Shown in pieces: positions 10,064-20,670 of a DNA stretch of 64,000 nt (positions are counted from its first letter, which is position 1; each line of letters begins with the position of its first letter). This DNA comes from an uncultured Pseudomonas sp. (GTDB taxonomy: Bacteria > Pseudomonadota > Gammaproteobacteria > Pseudomonadales > Pseudomonadaceae), in contig CAUQIJ010000008.1 in NCBI GenBank assembly GCA_963518285.1, forward strand, positions 125,269 to 189,268, given 5' to 3'. The position numbers were made by a program, and so were the translations under genes. The notes under the pieces were generated by a model. That model saw nothing but the letters and a program-made list of their open reading frames with translations. It made no database searches and was not told the DNA's origin.

Positions 10064-10849
10064 ATGAAGAAATCCCTGCTGACTGCGGCCCTGGCTGCTG
10101 CCCTGGCGCTGACCGGCGTTGCCCACGCCGCCGAGAAACTGGTTGTCGCTGCCACCCCGGTACCGCACGCCGAGATCCTCGAGCTGATCAAGCCGACCCT
10201 GGCCAAGGAAGGTGTCGACCTGGAGATCAAGGTCTTCACCGACTACGTGCAACCGAACGTGCAGGTCGATCAGAAGCGCCTGGATGCCAACTACTTCCAG
10301 ACCCTGCCGTACCTGAAGAGCTTCAACGAAGGCAAAGGCACCAACCTGGTCACCGTGATCGGTGTGCACGTTGAACCCTTCGGCGGCTACTCGAAGAAGA
10401 TCAAGCACCTCAGCGAGCTGAAAGACGGCGCCACCGTTGCCATCCCCAACGAAGGCAGCAACAGCGGCCGCGCCCTGATCCTGCTGCAGAAGGCTGGCCT
10501 GATCACCCTGAAAGACCCGAAAAACGCCCTGGCCACGCCGAAAGACATCGCCGAGAACCCGAAGAACCTCAAGTTCAAGGAACTCGAATCGGCCATGCTG
10601 GCGCGCGTGCTGGACCAGGTTGACCTGGACATGATCAACACCAACTACGCGCTGGAAGCTGGCCTGAACCCGGCTAAAGATGCCTTGGTTATCGAAGGCA
10701 GCGACTCGCCATACGTCAACTTCCTGGTGGCTCGCCCGGACAACAAGGACAGCGATGCCATGCAGAAACTGGCCAAAGCGCTGACCAGCCCTGAAGTGAA
10801 AGCCTTCATCGCCAAGAAATACAGCGGTGCGGTACTGCCAGCGTTCTGA
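10064..10849 (+). CDS. MetQ/NlpA-family ABC substrate-binding protein
   Basis: ATPVPHAEIL, FTDYVQPN, DANYFQ, IPNEGSNSGRAL. Confidence 0.92.
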   Translation: MKKSLLTAALAAALALTGVAHAAEKLVVAATPVPHAEILELIKPTLAKEGVDLEIKVFTDYVQPNVQVDQKRLDANYFQTLPYLKSFNEGKGTNLVTVIGVHVEPFGGYSKKIKHLSELKDGATVAIPNEGSNSGRALILLQKAGLITLKDPKNALATPKDIAENPKNLKFKELESAMLARVLDQVDLDMINTNYALEAGLNPAKDALVIEGSDSPYVNFLVARPDNKDSDAMQKLAKALTSPEVKAFIAKKYSGAVLPAF

Positions 10850-10872
10850 TTGACGCACGCTGACCGCCCTGT

Positions 10873-10908
10873 AAAAACGCCGACGCATTTGCGTCGGCGT
10901 TTTTTTTT
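10873..10908 (+). terminator. Rho-independent terminator (possibly bidirectional)
   Basis: AAAAACGCCGACGC/GCGTCGGCGTTTTT stem plus T run. Confidence 0.9.
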
Positions 10909-11109
10909 GCGACGCGATTTGCCCAGTGTTTCCAGTGATATAGATATTCTATAAAGATATTTAATAAAGTATTTTTATAGCTGTAGAGTCTAACCAGAGT
11001 GTCCACCGGCACGATCCGACTGACCGCTACAACGACGCCGAGCGACCCTCGCGCCGATCTGGGAATGACCTATGTCGCAGCTTCGCCCCCGCCTGCCGAG
11101 GCGCCTGTC

Positions 11110-11775
11110 ATGAATTTCGACAGCGCATTCATGCTAAGCACCTTGCCCACTTTCTTCCAGGCCGTAGGGGTCACCTTGCAGGTCGGCCTGATCGCCATCG
11201 CCAGCTCGTTGCTGGTTGCATTGCTCAATGCTTCGATTCTGGTCATGCGCACGCCCTACCTGTGGCGTGCAGTGCAGGCCTACGTCGAACTGGCGCGCAA
11301 CACCCCGCTGCTGATCCAGTTATTTTTCATCTACTTCGCCTTGCCTACGCTGGGGATCAAGGTCTCTGGCTTCGCTGCCGCGATCATCACCATGACGTTC
11401 ATGGGCGGCGCTTACTTGACTGAGGTGCTGCGCGCTGGGGTCGAGGCTGTGCCACGGGCGCAGCTGGAATCCGGGCGCTCGATCGGCCTTTCAGAAGGCC
11501 AACTGCTGCGCCATGTGATCTTGCCGCAGGCCAGCATCCTCAGCCTGCCAGCGCTGTTCGCCAATTTCATCTTCCTGCTCAAAGAGACCACCGTGGTCTC
11601 GGCAGTGGCAGTGCCAGAGATTCTCTACACCACCAAGAACTACATCGCCTTGTACTACAAAACCTATGAAATGCTGACCGTGCTGACACTGCTCTGCGTG
11701 CTGCTGTTCCTGCCGCTGTCGCTGCTGCTGCGTTACCTGGAAAGGAGGCTGCAACATGGCCAGTTCGGCTCCTGA
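11110..11775 (+). CDS. Polar amino-acid ABC permease (cysteine/S-compound type)
   Basis: RNTPLLIQLFF, AYLTEVLRAG, EAA-like loop; start chosen at ATG 11110. Confidence 0.88.
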   Translation: MNFDSAFMLSTLPTFFQAVGVTLQVGLIAIASSLLVALLNASILVMRTPYLWRAVQAYVELARNTPLLIQLFFIYFALPTLGIKVSGFAAAIITMTFMGGAYLTEVLRAGVEAVPRAQLESGRSIGLSEGQLLRHVILPQASILSLPALFANFIFLLKETTVVSAVAVPEILYTTKNYIALYYKTYEMLTVLTLLCVLLFLPLSLLLRYLERRLQHGQFGS

Positions 11776-12415
11776 GCTCCTGCTGATTTCGCTCCCGCAA
11801 CTCGCGGCGGGCGCTGCACAGACCTTGAGCATATCCGCGCTGAGTATCCTCCTGGCCACTGCCGGCGGCCTGCTCTATGGGGTGCTGGCGACCCTCGGCA
11901 ACCGCCTGATCAATGTGCTCTTGCTGGTCTATCTGGAGCTGTTTCGGGCGATCCCGGTACTGGTCTGGCTGTATCTGCTGTTCTTCGGCCTGCCGATCTT
12001 TTTCGCGCTGAGCATCCCAAGCTTCTGGTGCGCGGTGCTGGTGTTGAGTTTGTGGGGCGCCAGCGAAGTCGGTGAGGTGGCCCGCGGCGCCTTGCAGTCG
12101 TTGCCCCGTGGCCAGCGCGAAGCCGGCTTGTCGATTGGCCTCGCTGGCTGGCAGCTGTATGGCTATGTGTTGCTGCCCCAGGCGCTCAAACGCATGACTC
12201 CACCCACCATCAACATCTACACGCGGATCATCAAGACCAGTTCGCTGGCGGTGCTGATCGGCGTGGTCGAGGTGATCAAGGCTGGCCAGCAGATTATCGA
12301 GCGCACTTACGAGTCGGTACTGATCTATGGCGCGCTGTTGCTGTTTTTCTTCTTTGTTTGCTATCCACTTTCGGCCGCCTCGCGGGTGCTGGAACGGCGC
12401 TGGGCTCACGCATGA
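11756..12415 (+). CDS. Polar amino-acid ABC permease
   Basis: FRAIPVLV, GQREAGLSIG, IKTSSL. Confidence 0.88.
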   Translation: MASSAPELLLISLPQLAAGAAQTLSISALSILLATAGGLLYGVLATLGNRLINVLLLVYLELFRAIPVLVWLYLLFFGLPIFFALSIPSFWCAVLVLSLWGASEVGEVARGALQSLPRGQREAGLSIGLAGWQLYGYVLLPQALKRMTPPTINIYTRIIKTSSLAVLIGVVEVIKAGQQIIERTYESVLIYGALLLFFFFVCYPLSAASRVLERRWAHA

Positions 12416-13185
12416 ACGCACTGATCGAATTCAACCGCTTCAACAAATTCTTCGGCGAGCAGCAGGTGCTCAACGAGGTGGATCTACAGGTGCAGGCTGG
12501 CGAAGTGGTGGTCATCCTCGGCCCCAGTGGCTGTGGCAAGAGCACCCTGTTGCGCTGCCTCAATGGCCTGGAGCAGGCCCACAGTGGTCACCTGCGGCTG
12601 GACGGTGAGGAGCTGCTTGACGCTGGCACCGACTGGCGCCAGGTGCGTCAGCGCGTGGGCATGGTATTCCAGAGCTATCACCTGTTCGGCCATATGAGCG
12701 TTATCGACAACCTGCTGCTCGGCCCGCTCAAGGTGCAGAAGCGCCAGCGCGCCGAGGCACTGGCACAGGCCGAAGCGCTGTTGGCCCGGGTTGGCTTGCT
12801 GGACAAGCGTGACGCCTTTCCCCGGCAGTTGTCCGGTGGTCAGCAGCAGCGGATCGCTATCGTGCGCTCACTGTGCATGAAGCCGCAGGTGATGCTGTTT
12901 GACGAAGTCACCGCGGCCCTCGACCCGGAGATGGTCAAGGAAGTCCTGCAGGTCATCCAGGGCCTCGCCCGCGACGGCATGACCCTGCTCATCGTTACCC
13001 ACGAAATGGCCTTTGCTCGTGCAGTGGCCGACCGCATCGTGTTCATGGAGGCCGGCAGGATCCTTGAGCAAAGCGACCCCGAGAGCTTTTTCACGCAACC
13101 GCGAAGCGCACGCGCGCAGCAGTTCCTGGAGAAATTCTCCTTTGTCGAAAGCCTGCCGAAGACACTAGAAAAGGAACTGTCATGA
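12412..13185 (+). CDS. Polar amino-acid ABC ATPase
   Basis: GPSGCGKS, LSGGQQQR, FDEVTAALDPE; ATGA overlap with the upstream gene. Confidence 0.92.
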   Translation: MNALIEFNRFNKFFGEQQVLNEVDLQVQAGEVVVILGPSGCGKSTLLRCLNGLEQAHSGHLRLDGEELLDAGTDWRQVRQRVGMVFQSYHLFGHMSVIDNLLLGPLKVQKRQRAEALAQAEALLARVGLLDKRDAFPRQLSGGQQQRIAIVRSLCMKPQVMLFDEVTAALDPEMVKEVLQVIQGLARDGMTLLIVTHEMAFARAVADRIVFMEAGRILEQSDPESFFTQPRSARAQQFLEKFSFVESLPKTLEKELS

Positions 13186-14060
13186 AAACTGCCGCCCTTA
13201 CCAAACTGCTCGCACCGTTGTTCGGCCTAGCCTTGCTGGCCGGTTGCAACAAGGCTGAAGAGCCGCCTGAACCGACCACTTCAGCTGCCAGCCCGGCTAC
13301 CAGCTACCTGGAAGTGATCAAAGCCCGCGACAAGTTGATCGTGGGCGTTTTCACCGACAAGCCGCCGTTCGGTTTCGTCGACGAGACAGGCCGCTACGTC
13401 GGCTTCGACACTGACATCGGCCGGCGCCTGGCCAAGGATCTGCTGGGTGACGAAAACAAGGTGGAGTTTGTCGCAGTCGAACCGGCCAGCCGTATACCGT
13501 TTCTGCAAAGCGACAAGGTCGATCTGATCCTGGCCAACATGACCGTTACCCCTGAGCGCAAGGAAGCGGTGGAATTCACCAACCCCAACCTGCGCGTCGC
13601 CGTGCAAGCCATCGTCGCCGACGGCAGCCCGGTGCAAAAGCTCGACGAGCTGGCAGACAAGACCATCATCGTCACCACCGGCACCACGGCTGATATCTGG
13701 CTGACCAAGAACCATCCGGACTGGAAGCTGCTCAAGTTCGAGAAGAACAGTGAGTCGCTGCAAGCCCTGGCCAACGGTCGTGGGGATGCCTATGCGCAGG
13801 ACAACCTGATCCTGTTCAGCTGGGCCAAGCAGAACCCAGGCTACCGTGTGCTGCCAGAGCTGCTGGGTGAGGAGGCGCCGATTGCGCCGGCAGTAAAGAA
13901 GGGCAATATCGAGTTGCGTGACTGGGTCAATGCCGAGCTGGCCAAGCTGGGTGAAGAGAAGTTCCTGCTCAAGCTGTATGACCAGTACGTGCGCAAGGAA
14001 CTGTCGGACGACACCAAGCCTGAAAGCGTGATCGTCGAAGGCGGCAAGTGGCAGGGCTGA
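13182..14060 (+). CDS. Amino-acid ABC substrate-binding lipoprotein (likely cysteine-type)
   Basis: Lipobox LAGC; DKPPFG, RIPFLQS, ANMTVTPER. Confidence 0.88.
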   Translation: MKTAALTKLLAPLFGLALLAGCNKAEEPPEPTTSAASPATSYLEVIKARDKLIVGVFTDKPPFGFVDETGRYVGFDTDIGRRLAKDLLGDENKVEFVAVEPASRIPFLQSDKVDLILANMTVTPERKEAVEFTNPNLRVAVQAIVADGSPVQKLDELADKTIIVTTGTTADIWLTKNHPDWKLLKFEKNSESLQALANGRGDAYAQDNLILFSWAKQNPGYRVLPELLGEEAPIAPAVKKGNIELRDWVNAELAKLGEEKFLLKLYDQYVRKELSDDTKPESVIVEGGKWQG

Positions 14061-14079
14061 TCTGCCACACGCTGCCAGG

Positions 14080-16443
14080 TCAATCGGCGGGCATCAGGCG
14101 CAAGCTACTGCGCGCCGGGATCACGCCCAGTTGCGCCCGCTGATAACGGCCTTCGATGTAGTCCTCGGCCTGATCGCGATAGTGTCGGTCGAACGGCACG
14201 CCGCTCTGGCCGAGCGGGTTGATGCTCAGCGCCTGGGCGGGGTCGGCGAAGTCGATTATTCGCCGGGTCGAAGGCCCATAGGTGACCGGCCAGGGCGCCG
14301 GGCCGATCTTGGCCGATAGGTTGTTCGGCGCTTCGTGGGTCCCCGGTGCGGCAAACGGGCCGACGTTGAACAGCAGGTTGAGCGGCTTCTGCACGCCCAG
14401 CGGATGGTTATGGGTCAGGGTATGCGCCTTGCCCCATTGCCAGTTGGCCGGGTCGGCGCCAAAGGTTTCGCCCAGGTGCGCCAAGGTCTTGCGCCAGGCC
14501 TGGCGCACCACCGCACTGCGACCGGCAGGTTCAGTGGCGCCGCGCTGGCTCCACCAGGGTGATTCCGGGTCAGCTGCAAGTCGGGGCAGGGCGGCATCGA
14601 TGGCGCGGGTGTTGAGCAGCATCGTGAACCAGGTGTCGCCCAGTTCATCGTGCAGTGCGGCATGGGCCAGCTCGTACAGGAACTGGTTGAACACGGTCGC
14701 ACTGGTCGAATCCAGCGGGTAGTCACCGCGCCAGGCAGCGAGCTGCTCGACCAACTCCTGCTCTTGCATGCCCTCGGCCGCTTCGCGCAAGGTCGCCAGC
14801 AATGGCGCGAGCAGGCGTGGGCCGTAGTCGCTGGCGGTGTCCAGTTGCAGCGCCTGGCTGTTGCTCATGTCCCACTTGATCTGCGGGTTGGCCAGTTGCC
14901 GGTCAAGCTGGCGGCCACGGTCGGCCAGATTGTAGTAGCCCGGCACCGGGATCGTAGCCGGTGGCTGAAAGTTGGCCGAGACGATGTAACCGCTGGCTGG
15001 ATTTTCCTGCTGCGGGTTGAGGCTGAAGGGGTAGAAGCCAAGCTTGTCAGCCTGGCCGTTGCTGCCGTCGAGAATGAACGCCGGGTTGACCCCTTCCGGG
15101 CGAATCGGCAACTGCGCCGCCGCCCACCAGCCTATATCGCCACTGGCATTGGCCCACACCAGATTCAGCCCGGGCGACTGAATCTTCACCGCCGCCAGGC
15201 GCATCTTGTTCAGGCTGTCGGCGCGGTTGAGCTGGTAAAAACCTTCAAGGATCGGGTTTTCGGTTTGCAGAAACGCCCACCACATGGCAATCGGCGTGGG
15301 TCCCGCCGTTTCGCCGAGCACGCTGTTGACGATCGGCCCGTGGGACGAGCTGCGCAAGGTGATCTCGACCGGCGCTGCGTCCTTCACCGCGATCTGCTGC
15401 TGGCTGCGCTGCAGCGTTTGCCACTCCCCGTCGATCATCACCTGCTCGGGATTGGCCGGGTTGCTGCGCTCGGCAATCAGGTCGACGTCGTCGTTCTGGA
15501 ACATGGTCAGGCTCCAGCCGAAATCGCGGTTGTGGCCGAGCAGGGCAAACGGGTTGAGTGCCTGGAAGTAGCCATACAGCTCAAAACCCGGCGCCGACAG
15601 CTCAGCCTCGTACCACACCGCCGGCACGGCAAAGCCGATATGCGGATCGCCGGCCAGCAGCGGGCGGCCGCTAAGGGTGCGGCTGGCTGATACGGCCCAC
15701 GCATTGCTGCCCTCGAACTGCGGCAGGCCGGCGGCGGCCAGGGCGTCCTGGCTGGCGCTGGCCAGTTGCTCGAGGCTGCGCCAGTCAGCGGCTGCCAGGC
15801 GCGGGGCGAGGGCGCCTTCGGGCTGCCAGTCGAGGTCGAAGATGTTCAGGTAATCGGCGCCAAGCTGATCGCGGATATACGTCAGCGCCGGTTCAGTGCG
15901 AAACGCAGCGGCAAAGCTGTAGGCCAGGTAGCCGGCAATGCTCAGGGTATCTTCGGCGCTGAAGGGGCGTGGGGTGATGCCGAGCAGGTCGAACTCGACC
16001 GGCTTGGGGTGGCTGGCCTGCCATTGGTTGACCCCATCCAGATAAGCCTGCAAACCCTGCCAGGCGGGACCTTGCCGATCCTGACGCTGGACCATCCGTG
16101 CGGCCTGTTCGCGGATGCGCAGGCTGCGGAACAGGGTGTCGGTGGCGACCAGCTTGCTGCCGAGCACTTCGGCCAGCTCGCCACGGGCCAGGCGGCGCAT
16201 GATCTCCATCTGGAACAGCCGGTCCTGGGCGTGCACATAGCCCAGCGCACGGTACAAGTCGGCTTCGCTCTGCGCCTGGATATGTGGCACGCCGCGCTCG
16301 TCGTAACGCACATTGACCGGCGCCTGCAGGCCGCGCAGGCTCAGCTCGCCATCGCGTTGTGGCTGTTTGCTGTGGACATACCAGTAACCGCCGGCAGCGG
16401 CCACGGCAATCAGCACGGCCAGTACGGACAAGCTGCGTTTCAT
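14080..16443 (-). CDS. Penicillin acylase-family Ntn hydrolase (possible AHL acylase)
   Basis: GVPHI, GYVHAQDRLFQM, GSNAW, GDPH, GQSG motifs. Confidence 0.9.
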   Translation of the reverse strand: MKRSLSVLAVLIAVAAAGGYWYVHSKQPQRDGELSLRGLQAPVNVRYDERGVPHIQAQSEADLYRALGYVHAQDRLFQMEIMRRLARGELAEVLGSKLVATDTLFRSLRIREQAARMVQRQDRQGPAWQGLQAYLDGVNQWQASHPKPVEFDLLGITPRPFSAEDTLSIAGYLAYSFAAAFRTEPALTYIRDQLGADYLNIFDLDWQPEGALAPRLAAADWRSLEQLASASQDALAAAGLPQFEGSNAWAVSASRTLSGRPLLAGDPHIGFAVPAVWYEAELSAPGFELYGYFQALNPFALLGHNRDFGWSLTMFQNDDVDLIAERSNPANPEQVMIDGEWQTLQRSQQQIAVKDAAPVEITLRSSSHGPIVNSVLGETAGPTPIAMWWAFLQTENPILEGFYQLNRADSLNKMRLAAVKIQSPGLNLVWANASGDIGWWAAAQLPIRPEGVNPAFILDGSNGQADKLGFYPFSLNPQQENPASGYIVSANFQPPATIPVPGYYNLADRGRQLDRQLANPQIKWDMSNSQALQLDTASDYGPRLLAPLLATLREAAEGMQEQELVEQLAAWRGDYPLDSTSATVFNQFLYELAHAALHDELGDTWFTMLLNTRAIDAALPRLAADPESPWWSQRGATEPAGRSAVVRQAWRKTLAHLGETFGADPANWQWGKAHTLTHNHPLGVQKPLNLLFNVGPFAAPGTHEAPNNLSAKIGPAPWPVTYGPSTRRIIDFADPAQALSINPLGQSGVPFDRHYRDQAEDYIEGRYQRAQLGVIPARSSLRLMPAD

Positions 16444-16529
16444 CAGGACTCCTTGTGCATATCAACGCAAACGGTTGTCAGATCATTGACCGAATCGCGC
16501 CACCCGCATAGCCCCCAAAAGGAGTCTGC

Positions 16530-17096
16530 ATGTCACTCAGCGAAAAACAGAAGATGCTCAGCGGCCAGCTCTATCACGCTGGCTGCCCCGAGTTGCAGGC
16601 TGAGCAGCACGCCAACAAGCAGTGGATGGATCGCTACAACGGCAGCGACGAGCAGCTCAAGGTTGGCCGCCATACGCTGCTGGCCGAGCATCTTGCCACC
16701 GTCGGCGAGGGCGTGATCATCCGCCCGCCGTTCTATTGCGACTATGGCTACAACATCAGTATCGGTGCCAACACCTTCATCAACTTCAGCTGCGTGATCC
16801 TCGACGTACTGCCGGTGCACATTGGCCACGACTGTCAAATAGCGCCGTCGGTGCAGATCTACACCGCCGATCACCCACTCGACCCGGACGTACGCCGCAC
16901 CGGCCTGGAGAGCGGGCGGCCGGTGCACATCGGCAACAACGTCTGGATCGGAGGCGGTGCGATCATTCTGCCGGGGGTCACCATCGGTGATGACGCGGTG
17001 ATCGGCGCCGGCAGCGTGGTGACCCGCGATGTCGCTGCCGGCGCGGTGGTGGTGGGCAATCCGGCCCGCGAGCGTCAGCCCGCCCAGGGGCAGTAG
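16530..17096 (+). CDS. maa: Sugar (maltose/galactoside) O-acetyltransferase
   Basis: [11 protein letters not shown], hexapeptide repeats, VVGNPAR. Confidence 0.85.
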   Translation: MSLSEKQKMLSGQLYHAGCPELQAEQHANKQWMDRYNGSDEQLKVGRHTLLAEHLATVGEGVIIRPPFYCDYGYNISIGANTFINFSCVILDVLPVHIGHDCQIAPSVQIYTADHPLDPDVRRTGLESGRPVHIGNNVWIGGGAIILPGVTIGDDAVIGAGSVVTRDVAAGAVVVGNPARERQPAQGQ

Positions 17097-17629
17097 CAGC
17101 CGACCGCGAGGGTGTTGGAGGCGCTCACCTGGCGGTCTTCAAGCAAGGCTTTGAGGATTGGTTCGATGAAGCTGTTACTTGAGTTGCACACCGCACCCTC
17201 GCTGTACGGGCCGAAGTAGGCCAGCCGGCCCTGGCGGTCCCAGATGGCCACGGCGGGGCTGGCCGGCAGGCTGGCACTGCCGGGCAGTTCGTGCAGAAGC
17301 TTGAGCGCGACCAGGTTGGCCGGCAGCGCGCCATGGCTGGCGGGCTTTTGCAGCAAATAGAAACTCACCCCCTGCGGCGTGAACTGCTCGACCAGCTCGC
17401 TCAGATGCTGCTGGTTGCCGACGTTGCACGGGCAGGCCGGGTCCCAGAAATGCACCACACGGATAGCCCCGGGGCCGGCAAGCTCGGCGGGCAGGCGTAA
17501 CTGGCTGCCATCGAACAGCGTGGCCTGGTCGGCAAACGGGCGCAGGTAGCGTGACTGGAAACTGTCGTAGGCCCACCAGAGCACAGCAGCGCAGAGCAGG
17601 GTAATGGCCAGGGTCGACAGCTTCTTCAT
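17075..17629 (-). CDS. Thioredoxin-fold membrane-anchored protein (DUF6436-like)
   Basis: N-terminal [24 protein letters not shown]; start at ATG 17629. Confidence 0.7.
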   Translation of the reverse strand: MKKLSTLAITLLCAAVLWWAYDSFQSRYLRPFADQATLFDGSQLRLPAELAGPGAIRVVHFWDPACPCNVGNQQHLSELVEQFTPQGVSFYLLQKPASHGALPANLVALKLLHELPGSASLPASPAVAIWDRQGRLAYFGPYSEGAVCNSSNSFIEPILKALLEDRQVSASNTLAVGCYCPWAG

Positions 17630-17744
17630 GGTGGCCCGCAGCTGCGGTACTCGCTTTTGGCAATGAGTTGGAGGGCGCCCAGCTTGCCATGCGCCGCGCT
17701 TGAGCTGAATATCCCAGATCAATACTTGTTCGCGGATTTTGCCG

Positions 17745-18668
17745 ATGCCTGCTCCTTTCAACATCGACCTGCGCAGCGGCCTTGCGCCGTTGTCGAGCCG
17801 CCAGCCGTTATCTGCCGAGGCGCTTGCGTACCAGCACTTCTATGGCCTGGATCTGCCCGTGCAGCGTTTGCTCGGCAGCTTCGAGGCGGGCGGTTTCGAG
17901 CTGGTCGGCCAGGCATGGCTGCCGCCGCAGCCAGTGGCGACGCTGTTTGTGCTGCACGGCTACTACGACCATATGGGGCTGTATCGGCATGTCATCGAGT
18001 GGGCGCTGAGCAAGGGCTTCGCGGTGATCAGCTGCGACTTGCCCGGGCATGGCCTGTCCAGCGGCGAGCGGGCCAGCATCAGTGACTTCGGGCTTTATCA
18101 GCAGACGCTGGTGGCGCTGTTCAGCCAGGCTCGCGAGCTGGAACTGCCTCGCCCGTGGCACCTGTGCGGGCAGAGCACCGGTGGGGCGATTGCGGTCGAT
18201 CATGTGCTGCATGCCGGCGAGCACAGCCCGGTCGATGGTGAGCTGATTCTGCTGGCACCGCTGGTGCGGCCGCGGGCGTGGCATTGGTCCAAGCTCAGCT
18301 ATCGGCTGCTGCGCCACTTCGTCAACGGCATCCAGCGCCAGTTCAGCGAGAACAGCAACGACCCGGCGTTTCTGCCGTTTCTGCAGGCCGACCCGCTACA
18401 ACCACGGCGTCTGCCGACTGCCTGGGTGGGGGCGCTGATGAGCTGGGTCAAACGTATCGAGGCGGCGCCGCCGAGCACGCGCAGGCCGTTGATTGTGCAG
18501 GGCGAGGCCGATGGCACGGTCGACTGGCGTTACAACCTCAAGGTACTCAAGGCCAAGTTCGCTGATCCGCAGATACTGCTGCTGCCAGAGGCGCGCCACC
18601 ACCTGGCCAATGAACTGCCGGCGACGCGTCAGCGTTACCTCGAGTTCATCAACCAACGGCTGAGCTGA
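17745..18668 (+). CDS. Alpha/beta hydrolase (lysophospholipase-like)
   Basis: HGYYDH, DLPGHGLS, GQSTGG. Confidence 0.85.
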   Translation: MPAPFNIDLRSGLAPLSSRQPLSAEALAYQHFYGLDLPVQRLLGSFEAGGFELVGQAWLPPQPVATLFVLHGYYDHMGLYRHVIEWALSKGFAVISCDLPGHGLSSGERASISDFGLYQQTLVALFSQARELELPRPWHLCGQSTGGAIAVDHVLHAGEHSPVDGELILLAPLVRPRAWHWSKLSYRLLRHFVNGIQRQFSENSNDPAFLPFLQADPLQPRRLPTAWVGALMSWVKRIEAAPPSTRRPLIVQGEADGTVDWRYNLKVLKAKFADPQILLLPEARHHLANELPATRQRYLEFINQRLS

Positions 18669-19421
18669 TTACTTGAGCTGGTTGCCGTTCTGGCCGACCG
18701 CAAGCCCTGCCCGCACTGCCGCCAGCGCCGCCTGGTAATAAGCCTGGCCGTCGGCTGACTCGGCGAAGTTGGCGAATTCTTCGAGCTCGGCGTCGCTGAG
18801 CTCACGGTAGACGTAGAGCAAGGTGTTGTTGAGGTCTTCGCCGATCTGGTTCATCAGGCGCTGGCGCTGGCCGTCGAGCAGGCCTTGCGCCTGACCGCCA
18901 CCAAACAGCCCGGGGATCATCGAGCTGAGGCTGTCGGCAGCCACGCCGGCGATCGCCAGGCTGACTTCGGCGCCGGCTTCACGCGCGGGCAGAGCCTGGG
19001 CCAGATGGCCCATGATCAGTTGGCGGGTATCGCTGACCTGCAACTTGGGCAGGCCTTTGGCGTTCTTGGCCAGTTGGTCCTTGCGCGTGGCGAGCAACTC
19101 GGCGGCCACCACCTTGCGCCCCAGCGGCGAATTGAAGAACGCCAACGCCGGCGCCGGGTTGGCCAGCGTGCTGCGCAGCTGTGCCTGCGCGCGCTGGTCC
19201 ATGGCCTGGGCCTGGAAGCGTTGGTTGCTGTTGCTCACCAGCGCCTGGTAAACCGCAGGCGGCAGGCTGTTGCGGTAGCGCTGCTGGGCAGCGCTCACGG
19301 CATCATTGAAGTGGGCGCGCTGGTCGGGCCAGCCGGCGGCCTTGTACAGCTGATCGAGGCTGTCTGCCCAGACAGGCATGGTGCAGATCATCAGCAACAG
19401 CAGGGTAAACAAACGGCGCAT
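18669..19421 (-). CDS. Exported DUF2059-domain protein
   Basis: Signal peptide; FFNSPLGRKV and LSDAELEEFANFAES motifs. Confidence 0.7.
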   Translation of the reverse strand: MRRLFTLLLLMICTMPVWADSLDQLYKAAGWPDQRAHFNDAVSAAQQRYRNSLPPAVYQALVSNSNQRFQAQAMDQRAQAQLRSTLANPAPALAFFNSPLGRKVVAAELLATRKDQLAKNAKGLPKLQVSDTRQLIMGHLAQALPAREAGAEVSLAIAGVAADSLSSMIPGLFGGGQAQGLLDGQRQRLMNQIGEDLNNTLLYVYRELSDAELEEFANFAESADGQAYYQAALAAVRAGLAVGQNGNQLK

Positions 19422-19541
19422 TCAGGACTCCTGTCGGCAGTGGGCTATTGTCCGTGGCGCAGTGGGAGTTTGTCGAGACGCAATGACGCCGGTCAGCCAA
19501 GTGGCGCTGGAGGGGGCCTGGGCGAATGGCTATGATGCGCC

Positions 19542-20165
19542 ATGCAGATTACTTCCGATGTTTCCAAGCTGTCCGCGATTGTCGATGACCTGGCCAGCCA
19601 GGGCTGGTCGCAGCAGGCCGACTTTTTGCCGGCCGAGCTGGTCAGCGCGCTGGCCGCCGAATGCCGCCGGCGTGCCGGCGATGGCCAGCTCAACCCGGCC
19701 GGGGTTGGCCGTGGCGGCACGCTTGAAGTTCGCGAGGCGATCCGAGGCGATCATATCCGCTGGCTGGAGCCTGGCGAGTCGAGCGCTTGCGACCGTTACC
19801 TGGACGCCATGGACGCGCTGCGTCAGGCAATCAATCAGGGCCTGTTCATCGGCCTTGAGGACTACGAATGCCACTTCGCCCTGTACCCGCCAGGGGCGTT
19901 CTACCGGCGCCATCTGGACCGCTTTCGCGATGACGACCGCCGCGCCGTGTCGGCTGTGTTCTACCTCAATCAGGACTGGCAGCCCGGGGACGGCGGTGAA
20001 TTGCGCATGTTCCTCGATGACCAGCGCGTGCATGACGTCGCGCCCACGGCCGGCACCTTGGTGGTATTTCTGTCTGGCGATGTGCCCCATGAAGTGCTGG
20101 CGGCCGGGCGTGAGCGCTTGTCGCTGACTGGCTGGTTCCGCAGGCGTGGCAATGAGCCGTTCTGA
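19542..20165 (+). CDS. 2OG-Fe(II) oxygenase, PHD-like prolyl hydroxylase (PPHD)
   Basis: RGDHI, YRRHLD (HxD), PHEV, RLSLTGWF. Confidence 0.88.
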   Translation: MQITSDVSKLSAIVDDLASQGWSQQADFLPAELVSALAAECRRRAGDGQLNPAGVGRGGTLEVREAIRGDHIRWLEPGESSACDRYLDAMDALRQAINQGLFIGLEDYECHFALYPPGAFYRRHLDRFRDDDRRAVSAVFYLNQDWQPGDGGELRMFLDDQRVHDVAPTAGTLVVFLSGDVPHEVLAAGRERLSLTGWFRRRGNEPF

Positions 20166-20655
20166 ATTGCCGCGGGTTCTGGTCAGTGCATGCCTGCTGG
20201 GCCAGCCGGTGCGCTATGACGGGCGCGCCAGTGGCCATCCGGACGTGCTGCAAGGCTGGCAGGCCGAGGGCCGTGTTGTAGCGCTGTGCCCGGAGGTGGC
20301 CGGCGGTTTGCCGACCCCGCGGCCACCGGCGGAGATCCCCGGCGGGCAGGGCGCGCAGGTGCTCGACGGGCAGGCGCAGGTGATTGCAGTGTCGGGCGAG
20401 GATGTCAGTGCAGCATTTGTGGCGGGTGCGCAGATCGCCCTGGCGCTGGTGCGCCGGCACGGCATTCGGGTCGCCGTACTCAAGTCCGGCAGCCCCTCCT
20501 GCGGCAACCAACTGACCTACGATGGCAGCTTCAGTGGGGTCAAAGTCGCGGGGCAGGGCGTGACTACCGCGCTGCTGCGCCGCGAAGGTGTGCAGGTGTT
20601 CAGCGAGCTGCAGTTGGCCGAGGCGCAGGAAGCGCTGGCAGCCCTCGAGCGCTGA
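20152..20655 (+). CDS. DUF523 / 2-thiouracil desulfurase-family protein
   Basis: VSACLLG..VRYDG, CPEV.GGL.TPRPP, KSGSPSCG. Confidence 0.88.
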   Translation: MSRSELPRVLVSACLLGQPVRYDGRASGHPDVLQGWQAEGRVVALCPEVAGGLPTPRPPAEIPGGQGAQVLDGQAQVIAVSGEDVSAAFVAGAQIALALVRRHGIRVAVLKSGSPSCGNQLTYDGSFSGVKVAGQGVTTALLRREGVQVFSELQLAEAQEALAALER

Positions 20656-20670
20656 GGCGTTGCCTGCAGG

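Noticed and set aside
10990..11109. Possible SAM riboswitch ahead of the amino-acid ABC operon
   Set aside because: No recognisable SAM-I/II or SAH core motifs by eye; an Rfam/Infernal scan would settle it
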